From Minutocellus sp. GHC0000111 (lineage: Eukaryota): a stretch of DNA of 64,000 bases. The position numbers were made by a program, and so were the translations under genes. Location of the stretch: assembly GCA_977018835.1 (NCBI GenBank), contig OZ361258.1:2728001-2792000 (forward strand). The letters are read 5' to 3'. The notes below the pieces were generated by a model. The model saw only the letters and a program-made list of their open reading frames with translations. It did not search any database and was not told the DNA's origin. Positions 1-12,500 of this stretch are shown here, piece by piece (within the stretch, counting starts at the first letter, position 1; each line of letters opens with the position of its first letter).

Positions 1-372
1 CTTTTGTTTGGATTCCTCAACCCGATGATTGACAATTGGGGTCACGGCGGCGGGCTGATCGGTGGAGCAGCAATGGCGGCAGCGATTGGGCCAAGATTGC
101 GCATGTTGAATTTCTCTGACGGTCGACCTCCGATGGTTGTCGACCAGCCACGTTTCCGTTTGCCGAAAGCTTACGAGGAGCTCGGAAGGAAGATCAGCGC
201 AACATTCTCTGCGCCTGAAAAGTTGACGGGCCAAACAATTCCAGTCCAGTCAGATCTTGGTGCGAATCCATGGGGCGCATCATCTTCTTCCAGATCTTTC
301 CGAACATTAAATCCCACGAGAGAAATGCTAAAACCTCGGGCAAGATGGACTAGACCCGTATTGCCACAGTAA
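1..372 (+). CDS. Rhomboid-family intramembrane protease, 3' end only
   Basis: Frame 1 reads LLFGFLNPMIDNWGHGGGLIGGAAMA, matching the rhomboid xDNxxHxGGxxxG motif with the catalytic His; stop TAA at 370-372. The 5' part lies outside the window. Confidence 0.75.
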   Translation, partial: LLFGFLNPMIDNWGHGGGLIGGAAMAAAIGPRLRMLNFSDGRPPMVVDQPRFRLPKAYEELGRKISATFSAPEKLTGQTIPVQSDLGANPWGASSSSRSFRTLNPTREMLKPRARWTRPVLPQ

Positions 373-442
373 GAAAAAGTGTTTAGCACCGTATCTATCT
401 ACAAACGATATTATTATTTATGCTCTATTGTAGTACCTAATA

Positions 443-2607
443 CTATCTCTGAAGGTCAGACAAAGTGAAAGTGGGCGCTCGTTTTCCGGTTACTTGCTCA
501 TAAGCGATGCGTCTTGCGGTATCTTCGTAGGGATCGTGTTTCCTTGCTCGAAGAACATCGTCGAATCCTCTCTTCATCTCTTGTTGAATATTTTGGTAAA
601 TATTGTGGCAGGCATCCTTGTCCTTGTGGTGGATATCTGCCGTGCTAAACGGCTTTCCGAAAACGAAATAATGCCGAGCTGGAAGTGGCTTAGGGAGGGC
701 AAAGGGCGGTTGGAACAACTCGTCGCTATTTCCGGCGTCGAATCGTGCAGATATGGTATTGGCTGAATTATTGGCAATGCGTTCGCCAAGACCAAACGGT
801 AATTGCACCAAATCCGGTGCATCAATCAAGATGTTGACACTGTCGGCGGCTCCAACGGCAGAGAGAGGCACAATAGTTGCGTTGAATCGCGCCGCTGTTC
901 TTACAAAATCTGTGGTCTCGGGCCAAAACAACTGGTAAGCTTCGTCCTTGCCATGGAACACCTCCCTTACTCCTCCAGGGAACAGCAGACCCGCCTGCTT
1001 GGTTTGCATAAGGCGATAGTAGTTACGAGGTGTGACCATAACCGCGCCAAACTTCTGAAAAAGGCCGTCCTTGTTTGGATCACCTCCACCTGGAGGTTGC
1101 TGGCCTGTGGCAGGGCCACCTCCTGCAAATTGACCCCCACCAGCCGCAAAAATCACAGGATGTGCCAACCCTCTAGCCTTGATGTTGCGTTCTTCGATAA
1201 GCTGTGAAATGATGAGGCCTAAATCAATTCCACCAAACTGATGGTTGGCAACAAACAACAATGGTCTGCCCTCTTCTCCACTGGGGACATTGCCAAGCCC
1301 CATAATTCTCTTTCCGTTAGAGTCAGTACTGAAAAAGACGGGGCTGACGAGATTCCGAAGTGGTTTCACCTGCCTCTCAATGACGTCATGAACCTCCTCC
1401 TCAGGTGGTAACGACCAATCGGTAATTGGATCATATTTGGGCTCGTCTTTCTTGTTGAATGGGTCGAAATTTGTTGACTCGATAATTGCTTTCGTTAGAT
1501 TGACCCTCTCATCCAAAACGAAATGTCCAGATCCACGAACATCCAACTTCATTGCATCGGGCATTGTATCAACCAAGCGCTTTCCCTCCTCCTTGGTCGG
1601 GAGCATATTATCGTCTTGTCCAGCAACAATCAAAGTCGGCACATCGAGCTTGGAAAGGCGAGGATTGACAATTGAGGTACCGACCGGTAGCCATCTTCCC
1701 ACTCGAAATTCAAAGCTTCCGGCAGGCAGACTGGAGTCCAATATGCCAAAGCCGGCAACCATGCTCTCCATCGTCGCGGTAAGTTCTTCCGAATTTGTCA
1801 CAGAGCTTTGAAGGATCAAATCAACAATTCGCCGAAGCTGGGTGCTGTCTGGAATCGTTGCCGCCAATGCCAACCCACCGACGACGCTGTATGGAGATGG
1901 CAATTTGATGGGTCCAATGCTGGGAACATCTCGACTGTCGTCACGCAAATGTTTGAGAGTGCTCAACAAGGGAGCAAATACATCCCATTGCGTTTCATCA
2001 AACGAAGTTGCAGGATTCACCAGCACGAGTCCCTTGATGGGATCAACATCATCATCGCTTGATGGGTGAGCTTTAGCTTTCATGGCCACGGCAGGTGCAA
2101 GGAGACCACCGAAGCTCTCTCCAATGAGGATGGTGCTTCGATTTTGACTAACAGCCACATCCTGGACGAATTTGGATACCGTGGCTGTCAAATCGGTGAA
2201 GCTGGTTCTATCGTCAACGCTGATGCTCATCCTCCACAATTCAAACGTTTCGGCGAGATCGTCAAACTGTTGCGTTGCTGAATACCGACTCCATCGAGAC
2301 CAGGCAAATAGATGGCAATCGGTTTCTTCGACCCATGCGATGCCGATATCTCCTCAAACACACTTTCGGATGTCATGTCATATCGAGATTCCTCCTGCTG
2401 ACTCTCACATCTCCAGCTATTGGTATGCGTTTCGGATGGGGGAGCAACGAAGCTGAACTTGATCGTATCGTATTTGCGGCTCAAGTTTGCTCCATCGAGA
2501 TCGGCGTACAGCTGTTCAACATCTTGGACGATTTTCTCGGCTGGCGACAAGCTCGACGGCGACGGGGCCGCGAAGAGCAGCGGCAGGAGCCTTCCCAGGA
2601 AGACCAT
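443..2607 (-). CDS. Phytyl ester synthase / ELT-family protein (alpha/beta hydrolase plus DAGAT-type acyltransferase), one frameshift at about 2281
   Basis: Hydrolase half: IYLPGLDGVG, LIGESFGG (GxSxG), LVLVNPATSF, GSGHF. Acyltransferase half: LLFVANHQFGGID, LLFPGGVREVFH, FVRTAARFNATIVP, YFVFGKP. ORFs 2227-2649 and 443-2239 join if one T is added in GGTATT^CAGCA, giving GISATQQFDDLAETFELWRM. The start ATG at 2607 is tentative. Confidence 0.85.
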
Positions 2608-3158
2608 GGTTGGTGATGGATGAGTCAGAAATGGCAAAGGGTTCGTCACGCCAGCATCGATTTCAAGATTACGAGTGCTAAGAGGAGCAGCACAACTTCC
2701 TTGCGCCTGATGTGGCGCAACCGCCAGCCAGCCAACAATGACCGACCATCACTTTGTTCGGCTCTGAACCTGGCTTGGTCCCTGCCTGCCCGCACTGTTG
2801 CAATCAGCAAGGAATATTTGCTATTGTATTCGATTGTAGGCGTCTAACTTCATTCATCCATCGTGCAGGCAAATCAGATCTCAATTGATCTGGAGAATCA
2901 TCTGAAGAGCCGAATTGCCATTGCAGAACGCGACGAGGGAAGGAAGTGCCGATAAGGAACAACTTGCAAACAGGACTCGACTCATAATTGCAATGTTGAT
3001 TGCAGATTACATCAACTGGTTTGGTATATTTTGCATCGGAGTCGCACTCCAACAGTCGCTACTTGCTACAACTGCTCCGGCCGGCCCTGCTCCTTCAGCT
3101 TTTGCCTCTTGCGGTACCACCACACCCACCACTGTCGCCGACGAGAGGGCCACCGACC

Positions 3159-3455
3159 ATGGCAAAAGTTACGCTGGATTGGTATAGATTTGGGCACCTC
3201 ATCGCCCTCCTATTATTTACATGGATTGGTAGTAGGTTGCTGATTGACCATTTTGAGCTAAATTGGCTCACAGCGTATGGAATTTCCACCACGATCGTCA
3301 CCAGTGCCTCCAATCTGTTGATGAAATTCTATGGCATTACTGACGGGGACGGCAGTATTATTGATGGCCAAGATGGAGATGGTACGGCAACCGAGGGCGG
3401 AAAGGGGACTGGGAATCCAAAGAAAAGGCAGAAGAGACGCAAGAAGAGGGAATGA
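3159..3455 (+). CDS. Small hypothetical membrane protein (98 aa)
   Basis: ATG at 3159 (MAKVTLDWYRFGHLIALLLFTWIGSRLL...), two hydrophobic segments, then an acidic/Gly linker and a basic tail (KKRQKRRKKRE). No family recognised. Confidence 0.55.
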   Translation: MAKVTLDWYRFGHLIALLLFTWIGSRLLIDHFELNWLTAYGISTTIVTSASNLLMKFYGITDGDGSIIDGQDGDGTATEGGKGTGNPKKRQKRRKKRE

Positions 3456-3647
3456 GCATATTTCAGACCACAAAACTTGCAGCAGTGCGGTAACACATGG
3501 CATGATCTACCTCTACCTCTAACATAAAAAGAACAGTCTACAAGTCCATATCCATTCATTCATTTTAAATCTATTCACATGCCAATATTATATGGTGTTA
3601 AAAAAATTTCCCTGCACCGGGGGGCTCTCCTTGCCTGTAAGATAGAT

Positions 3648-6600
3648 CTAATACGAGTTGTCCCTGGTAGGCCTAATCTCCGTGAAGATTCTGGTTTGGA
3701 TGCACATCGCCATGAGCTCCTGGAAAAGCAACTTGCACGCATATGGAATCTCAATCTGGCAGATCTTTGGTTCCCTACCGACGCACATGGGCGAACGGCA
3801 CTCGTAGGTCATCTTCTTCAGGTTGGACTGAGCCGTCATGCCGCACCGCTCGCAGATGTGGATGCGATACTGATCGGAGTTGCAGAAGAAGCGATCGCGG
3901 AGGAAGTTTGCGCAACCGTGGGTGATGAGACAATCACGTTCCATTTCTCCCATTCGAAGACCACCGTCGCGAGATCTACCCTCGAGGGGCTGTCGGGTCA
4001 ACATTGCGACTGGGCCACGAGCACGAGAGTGAACCTTGTCATCGACCAAGTGCTTCAACCGCTGGTAGAAAGTGGGTCCGATGAAGACACGAGCGTTCAG
4101 CGGTCGACCAGTGTGTCCTTGGTACAGCGCCTCGTTACCGTGGCGTTGATATCCCATAGCATGAAGACGCATACTGATGTCCTCAACAGTGACATCAGTG
4201 AAAGGCGTGGCATCACCTTCACATCCTTGGAAGACGACGACCTTGCCGAGCAAACACTCAATCAGCTGAGCGATGGTCATTCGAGAAGGAATAGCGTGAG
4301 GATTGACGATAATGTCGGGAACAACTCCCTCGGCGGTGAAGGGCATGTCTTCTTGGCGATAAGTCATACCGATGGTACCCTTCTGACCATGCCTAGAGGC
4401 AAACTTGTCACCAATCTGTGGAATACGGACGTTGCGAATCCGAACCTTGGTGAAACGGTATCCCTCCTTGGTAGTACTGATGAGAACGTTGTCAACGATA
4501 CCGTTCTCGTTGGCCTTCATGGATGTACTGCAGTCTCTCTTGGTGTATCGAGATGGCATGCCCGCAGAGGCATCCAGTGGAGCTGTCTTGCCGATGAGAA
4601 TGTCATCACCAGAGACGCGAGTGCCGGGTTGGACAAGACCATCGTCGTCGAGCTTGCCATACTCGCCGTGCTTCATACCACGGCAGCTATCAAAGGTTGG
4701 CTTCTCGAAGGACTCCGACGTAAGCGCACCGATGGTACCCACACTGCTCGCCTTCTCTTGGTCAATGTAGCAGCGATAGTAGGATGACCTAAAGAGACCA
4801 CGATCAATAGCACTCTGATTCATAATCAAGGAATCTTCTTGGTTGTAACCAGTGTAGATCATAATCGCAACGACGCAGTTGACACCACTGGGAAGCTCAC
4901 GGAAGTGCAAGAACTCCATTGCTCGAGTGGTACAGAGAGGTTTCTGCGGGTAGTGCAATACGTGGGCCATGGTATCCATTCGCACTTGGTAGTTCGATGA
5001 GTAAATACCCATCGCTTGCTTGCCCATAGCACTCTGGTAGGTGTTACGGGGACTTTGGTTGTGGTCGGGGAAGGGGATGATCGAGGCACAGACGCCAAGA
5101 ATCATAGACGGGTGAATCTCGCAATGCGTATAAGTTGAAGAGTACGAGTCACCAGCTTCAAGGTCCTTGGGTTCTATTGCAATCATCGTCGTCTCCTCCT
5201 CCTCCGTATCGATGTACTCCACAAGACCCTCCATGAGCAAGTCGGCCCATGTGAGCCTCTTCTGGTCGGTGGAGTGCTGTTGAAGCTGCATGATGTGGCT
5301 CTTCTTGATTTTCAACTGCTGATTCTCAACGATGAAGAGAGGTCTGCAGATACGGCCAGCATCGGTGTAGATGCGCACCTCAGACTCGGCGATGTCTCGA
5401 ACGATACTCACTTCCGCATCGATATCAACCACGCGCCGCAGGTCACGGAACGTATCGACGAGCTTTTTGGGGTCGCGATGGATGCCCACCCAATTGCCGT
5501 TCACAAAGATCTTGCACGTCGAGGGCTCGGCGATGACCGACGGTAAAATATCAGTCAAGTTCTCGGTACTCCACTCGTCAAGGAACTCCAAGATCGGAAC
5601 CTGGGCAGTACCAGTGGTAATGTATGCCATAAGGGCCAAGTTCTTCACCAAACCGACAGCCTGACCCTCGGGGGTCTCGGCAGGACAAACCATACCCCAA
5701 TGCGAGTTATGGAGCTGACGGGGCTTGGCTTGCTTTCCGGTACGGGCCAAAGGTGTGTTACAGCGACGCAAGTGGGAAAGACTCGAAGCGTATGTCAGCC
5801 TATTCAACACCTGGGATACACCGGCCTTGGTAGCGGCACCCTTGTCGCCCCCTGTTGGACGGTTTGCGTTGGTGTTGGAAAAAGGTGTGAGAAAAATGAG
5901 TGAAAATATGGCGCAAGAATCAGGCCATGGAACTACCAAAGTCTCGAGGACGTAAAGAATAAACAGCAAGCATATATGTAGCAGCCACTTACAATTGCCT
6001 GTGGCGAGACTGTACTTGAGACCGTCGGAGATATGATTGGATTTGATGGCAGCGCCAATGTTGAAGTGCTTGCCCTCGTCCAGGCATCGCTGCAGATGCT
6101 TCCTCACGTCCTTGGTAAGCTTCCGGAACAGAAGACGGAACAGACCACCAAGAAGTGGTCCAGCCAGGTCAAGTCTCTTCTTTCCAAAGTGATCTCTGTC
6201 GTCTTCCTCGGCTCTGCCTGAGCAGCTTGTGAACGGCATAGCCCAAGAAGAATCCCTTCTTCGTCTCGCAGTGTTCCTCAGTGCCGACGTGGGGCAGGAC
6301 CTCCTTCTGTAGAATACCAGATGCATACCGGATACGGTCGTTCTTGGTCACATCCTTGGCGCTGCCTCTCCTTCCGATAAAGTCAAGCGCAACATCTTGC
6401 CGTTGAATGACGAAGGCCTCCTCCAAACTGGGACGGAACAGATCCATCATTTCGCCGTCCGTTAGGTCGTAGACCACGTGCTCAATGATGTCCCGATCGG
6501 CGACAAAGCCAAGAGCACGGAAGATGATCACGACAGGAATATCCGTCCGGATGTACGGCAGTGTCGAGCGGATCTGGTTGCCATCGATGACGTTCCGCCC

Positions 6601-7789
6601 GCCCTTGTGGTACATCTGGATGTACAGCGTCGACGTGGGTCGGGTCGAGTTCTCCACCTGCGACCTGGTCTCGATGACCCACGAAAACTTGCTCGGCTGC
6701 TTCTTCTTGAAGGCATAAACGTGGTTGTTGGACATGCGCTCAGAGGCGACGATGACCTTTTCCGAACCATTGATGACGAAGTAACCGCCCTGGTCATAGA
6801 TGCACTCTCCGAGGTCAGCAAGCTGCGCGTCGTCCTTGTCGGAAAGGACGCAGAAGAGCGACCGGAGCATGATGGGGACGTATCCCAAGAACTCCTTCCG
6901 GGCCACCTCGGACTTTGTCGGCTGGCCCAAATCCTCTGACGGGTCGCCAATGTTGGCGTCGTTCCGGCACCGGTACTGGTTCATCGTAACGTCGACGTAG
7001 AGGGGGGCCGAATACGTCAGGTTCCGGAGGCGGGCCTCGTGCGGGAAAATATTGGTCACCGTACCGTCCTTTTCAACCGTCGTCGGCTTGGACAGGTAGA
7101 CCTGCCCGAAGTGGATCTCAAAGACCTCCTTGGTCTGCGAGGCCGCCATGTCGTCAAAGTTCTCCTCGTCATAGCCGACCAAATGCTGCAGCTCCGGCGA
7201 GACTCGAATGTCGCCAGAATCGTCCACCAGCTCCTGCATCGTATTCTGGATGAACTCATCGAACGAGTCCAACTGCTGCCGCACCAAACCCTTCTCTCGG
7301 AAATAAGCACTGTATCAACAAAATTCAATTGGTTCATGATTGATTTGCGCGCACGCCGACATTCCATCATCCACAATAAATCCACCACCGAAAACCAAAA
7401 GTCGTCGGAGGCAGCGGGGGTTGAGGGTTGTGAGAAGAAAAGATAACACAAGATATGCCAGAAAAATGCCCACAGCACAAAACAATCAAGGAAGGAGAAT
7501 GATCCGGGCAAGATTTATTCGATCACCGGAGACTTTGTCCGGCGCCATCCGGACTGGCGGCGAGGCGACGACCCAGCACAAGCAAGGCCGTCCTCCAGTT
7601 CCACGAACGAGCGGGCACAAAGCGGCGCGCGGCGGGGGTCGGAGAGCCTTACCTGATCACGGCCCACGCGTCCTCCTGGGTGACGGGCAGATCGTCAATA
7701 TCGCCCTCATAACCACCCTCCTCGTAGTATCCACCATCCTCCTCCCCATATTCCATCATGCCATCTTCGACGGCGGGATCGACTTCCAT
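3648..7789 (-). CDS. RPB2: RNA polymerase II second-largest subunit; exons 7653-7789, 5993-7309, 3648-5851; frameshifting deletion at about 6221
   Basis: Motifs [116 protein letters not shown] introns at 7310-7652 and 5852-5992; removing the second restores LATGNWGDK. Confidence 0.97.
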
Positions 7790-8198
7790 CGTCACGGCGC
7801 CGGTCCGTCGAGGAATGAGCTGCGTTTGAGCTGAAAACTGTCGACGGCCAGGTAATGGGTTATTACGATATTAAACTTCTGTTTAACGTAATTTAGAAAC
7901 AAATCAAGGCAACGCCCGGCGCAATGGCGGTTTGACTTCGTTTGACGACGCACAATGATGGCTGGACGCCGCCACGTAGATCTACTATCTGAAGAGTGGA
8001 TCTACTAGAGAGAAGAGTCTAATATTCTGAAGTGCAGTACACAAGATTCGATTCGGGTGATTCGATTCATTCTTATGGGAACTTTTCTTAGGAATTCCTA
8101 GCAGTTCCTTCAGTTCGTACATGTATTAGGTATCGATGATGATGGCACCGACCGGTACATGTATCTACGGATATACTCTATCTTTCTTTCAGCATCAA

Positions 8199-9436
8199 TC
8201 AATGCCAAACATTCCCCTCCAGGAAGTCATCCCAGTCGATGATCTGCCAGCTTCCCATGTGCCTTGCACCAGGCTCTGCCGCTCTTGATGTCACCATTTC
8301 CATCCGAACTAAATGTTGAACTGATTGCATCTGAACTGATTGCATCTGTTGCTCTTTGCCATCGCCTTTCTTCTCACCCTCGTCCTCAGCACTGCTACTG
8401 TCCGTCACATCAAACGATCCCTCTTGAATTAAGGCTCCCGATTCGGCGTCGTACACCTCCAAGCTCTCCATGCAATCGATTGATACCTCTGCAATCAGCG
8501 CACGTTCGCCTGTACTTCCGGCTTTCTTGTGAAGGTTCTCTGCCATTTCTCTCACTTTTTGGACGCTGCCCGAATCGACAAACTCGGCCTCAATCTTCTG
8601 ATAGGCACCCTTGAGACTTGGGTTCTGTTTGACATGCTGACGAGTGAACATGGGAACAACGAGGGCACTTTCGAATTGGCATGATATCGGTTGCATCTTG
8701 AACTTGATTCGAATTTTTGCTGGGTCAAGATTCTGGTACACATGGCTTCGACTAAGGCGTTGGTCTCCTCCATGTCGTCTTCAGACATGACATCTTCACC
8801 ATTGCCATCGCCAGAGACCTTTGTGGTGTCTATTGACACCAAACCGAATCCATCGCTAGACTCGTCATCGTCAATGTCAATGGTAGCGATGGGAACTCGA
8901 AATGTTTTGGCGAGCAAGGCGGCAGTCGCCCGCCGGAAGGCCCAGGTGAAATTCTGGGCCAAATCTCGTTCCCAGCTTCCCGTGAGAAATATTTGGTACC
9001 ACGGCACGCCCAGCTCTCGAGCTGCAAGGGTTTTGCGGACAAAGCGCGCTCTCGTCGTACGTGGCAACCCGGACAGATCGTTGTTCTCGTCCAGACGAGA
9101 GAGACGTCCGTGGGGCACATTATACCACGGAAATGGCAGGTAAACAGCTGGGTTTATGCTATCACTGAGGGGCACATCGCCGGCATCAACGTCGTCGTTC
9201 TCCTCCTTGTCATTTGGCTGATCTGGCTTCGGTGGTTCGTCGTTGTTCGAGGGGGCAGAGGACGAAAATCCTCGAAGAGTGGGATGCGCCGAGCGCGAGG
9301 GGACCGGGGCGAGGCGGAAATGCTTGTTACGTGACACAACATAGTCCCTTCGAGATGCCGCGGCGAAGATCCGTCGCCCGTTCCTACATGCATGTACGCG
9401 TATCGCGGAGTTCATCTCGTATCGTATCTTATTCAT
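8199..9436 (-). CDS. Probable mitochondrial Tim44/MAIP1-like protein, frameshifted at about 8742
   Basis: Arg/Ser-rich N-terminus ending ...LRGFSSSAP resembles a mitochondrial presequence. C-terminal AEVSIDCMESLEVYDAESGALI...HLVRMEM...SWQIIDWDD resembles a Tim44-like fold. Encoded in two frames (8552-9520 and 8199-8741) with no plausible intron at the switch. Start at 9436 or 9415. Confidence 0.55.
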
Positions 9437-9532
9437 GTGCTGAAATCGAAAGTGTGGCCAAGACGGGAAGACTGATGACGTCATTCCGACCCGCCCGCCT
9501 CCGGCAATAAGAAACGACACAAAACAACAACG

Positions 9533-12500
9533 ATGGCCGAAGGAACCAGCGCCGGCGGTGGACCCGGTCCGTCGGTGCCGCTGGTATCGATGCTACCTTT
9601 TGGCTCCGGGACCGACGGCTCCGGGAATCCGGTAGCTCCGCAGTGGGCCCACGATTTCGTCGCGTTCCGGCAGAGGCTCTTCCTGGCCGTGGTGGAGCCC
9701 GTCATTGTAACGCTGCTGGGTCCGGTCGATCCTCATCATGAGTCCGGTGGTAGTAGCAGTGGTGGCGGTGGTGGAACTTACGATGACAATGGTTATCGAT
9801 TGAATGACCGCGATGGAGGCAGTGGGGGTAGCATCGGTGGTATTGGCGGTAACCATGCACTTGCGCAAGCATCAGCGTCTCGTCATGTGAGTCCTGTTGG
9901 GGACAATGATAATTCGCTGTTGAAAACTGCTGGCCGGATGATGCAGAATTTGGTGGGCTTGGGAGGGGGCGACGATAAATATCATATTGACTGCAACCAT
10001 CATGGCTATGTGAGCGGTCCGTGTTATGATCGTACGACCGGGTCGATTCGGCAAGGTGCGCAGCACATGATGATGTCGGAGGAGGATGAGTTTGCCATGG
10101 CCGATATGTCCACAGAACTGGTTGATGCCAATCACCGACGGCTGGGATTCCTCCCCGCGTACATTGAAGACGTGTCGGCCTACCGAGAGACCAGCATGTC
10201 CTTCGCCACGCTGATGATGCTCTTTACCATCATGAGCTGTCTGATGGTGGTATTCTTGAGCTGCTTCTATCACAATCAAAAGACCAGTCCACTCTTTATC
10301 AGTCCGCGGCGGCATCGGCTGCCCAAGCTGGTACCTCCGCCTCTGCCGGTGGACCGATTTTTTAGCTGGATCAAGGTTATCCTTTTCATGTCGGACGAGG
10401 AAGTAAGTTGGTGGCGCGCGTTTGCATATTTGTGGCGAAGACGTGCTGTATTGATTGCCGTATCATTTGATTTACGCGTCCGTCTTACCCCAACTTTTCC
10501 TTCCTTTATCCTCCAAACAGATCATCAATCGGATCGGATACGATGCTCTCATCTTCCTTCGATTCCATCGCTTGGCTCTCAGATGCATCGTCAAAATGTC
10601 GGTATTCTCTTTTTTTGTGATCCTTCCACTGAACTTTACCGGCGGTGGACATGCCAATGCAAGTGATTTAAAGGGTTACGTTGGGAGTCTCCTGTTCACA
10701 GACTTTATGCGTTTCACCATGGCCAACGTATCTGGTGGATCGCCTTGGCTTTGGGTGCACTGCTTCGCGGCGTATCTTTTGACTGCAATTGTCGTTCGCG
10801 AATTACTGGTAGAATACAATGCATTTCACAATATCAGGCATCGGTACCTGCTTTCGAAGGAGCCTCATCTCCGAACGGTTTTGGTATCCAATTTTCCCCG
10901 GCATTTGCGAGCCCCAAGCAAGATTAGTACCTATTTTCAGCATGTATATCCGGAGGCCGTAAAGTCGGTAGCAATATGTCAAAACCTGATCCGTCTCGAG
11001 TCACTGGTGAAGCGGCGCACGTCAGTGCTGTCGCAGATTGAAAAGGAACTGTTTCTGCTTTGTCGGACTGAAAAGAGAAAGCTCATTGGCCAGACCGGCG
11101 TCCAATGGATCAAACGAGTGCTGTGTTCTAGCTTTCTCCTCGAGAAGATGGGCATTCTACATGGGGCTCAAGAACGCTTAGCTCTTTTGTACTCTGAGCT
11201 TGAAGAATTGAACGAGGCAGTGGAAAATGATAAGAACCGACGTCGGCGTGTCATGAAGAGGCTCGATAAACTGGAAGCTGGAGAAGGTCGAAAAGACATT
11301 GACTATATCTTGGCCACACCCTTTGTCGGCGAGCAAAACTATGACCCAGCCCGTCGAGGGCCGTCGCAAATATTCGATTCGCCTACAAAAGCAGGTATTG
11401 GGGCGCCAAGGAATCCTGATGGATCGATGAAAATTGATAGTTATAATCCACCGACCATGATGGACGGCAGTACTCCAGCGAATACTGGTCCGGTTCTTCG
11501 TCCATCTGCGGCTTCGGCAACATCATCGACTGGGGGGGGTGCACCGGGCAATGATACTGAATCAGTGATTAGCTCTTCAGCCAATACTGATATTTGGCTT
11601 GATGACAAGAAAAACAAACCACGGCCTCTATCGAGAGCGAAGAGTGCCATCCGAAGATACTCTAGACTCGTCGCCGGTGATGTCTCTTTCTTTGGTCAAC
11701 CACAGCGTGGTGCAGATGTAAAATTCGTGCAAACTCCAGCGAATGGCAATCCAAATGTTGCTGGGCACATTGAAGATCACACCAACGAAGTTTGCGACAA
11801 GGCTTTTGTGCAGATGAGAACGTTCACGGCGTCTACTATTGCAATCCAGTCGATGCATTCCGCTAGGCCTGGCGCCATGCAAGTGACTACAGCTCCGGAG
11901 CCGCGAGATGTTATCTGGAATAACATTTATGTGTCCAAGGGGGCGAAGAGGACACGATCGTATATTGGCGAACTCTTTGTCTTACTACTTATTTGTTTCT
12001 ACGTTGTTCCAGTTGCATTGGTGTCCCTGCTTGTCAGTGAATCGGCCTTGATTTCTTCCTCGCCGAGGCTGGCGCAGCTCGACCAAGCGTCGGCCTTCTT
12101 TTCTACGGGCATTGCAATGGTCCAGCCCGTGTGTCTTGTCGCTATTCAACAGCTTCTACCGCCGCTATTCTTGGGCATCAGTATTGCGGAAGGCACCCTC
12201 TCTTTCAGTGAGGCCCAAATGAAGGCCTTCTCTCGCTATTTTTTGTTTCAAGTCTTGAATATTTTCTTGGTCACAGCCATTGCTGGAACCATTTTTGATA
12301 CAGTTGCCGTTATTGTTGAGAATCCTGAGACAGCATTTGAGTTATTGGGCAACTCTCTGCCGCGCATGTCGTCCTTTTTCATCACTTATGCCATTATGAA
12401 GACCTTCCTCGGTCTTGGTTTGGAGCTCGTCCGTCTGGTCTCGCTTGTGCAGCAGGTTCTTCGAATCGTACTCTTCCCGAATTCAACCCTTCGTGAAAAG

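Noticed and set aside
3579..4787. 402-aa plus-strand ORF
   Set aside because: Antisense shadow of the RPB2 coding region with no recognisable motifs.
5852..5992. Apparent 47-aa hydrophobic insertion in RPB2 ([13 protein letters not shown]...)
   Set aside because: It is a 141-nt stop-free GT-AG intron; removing it restores ATGNWGDK.
7975..8020. Short direct repeat GATCTACTA...GAAGAGT upstream of RPB2
   Set aside because: Two short imperfect copies in low-complexity intergenic DNA, with no support for function.
9533..10666. 377-aa ORF as a separate gene
   Set aside because: It is exon 1 of the OSCA gene read through into the intron.
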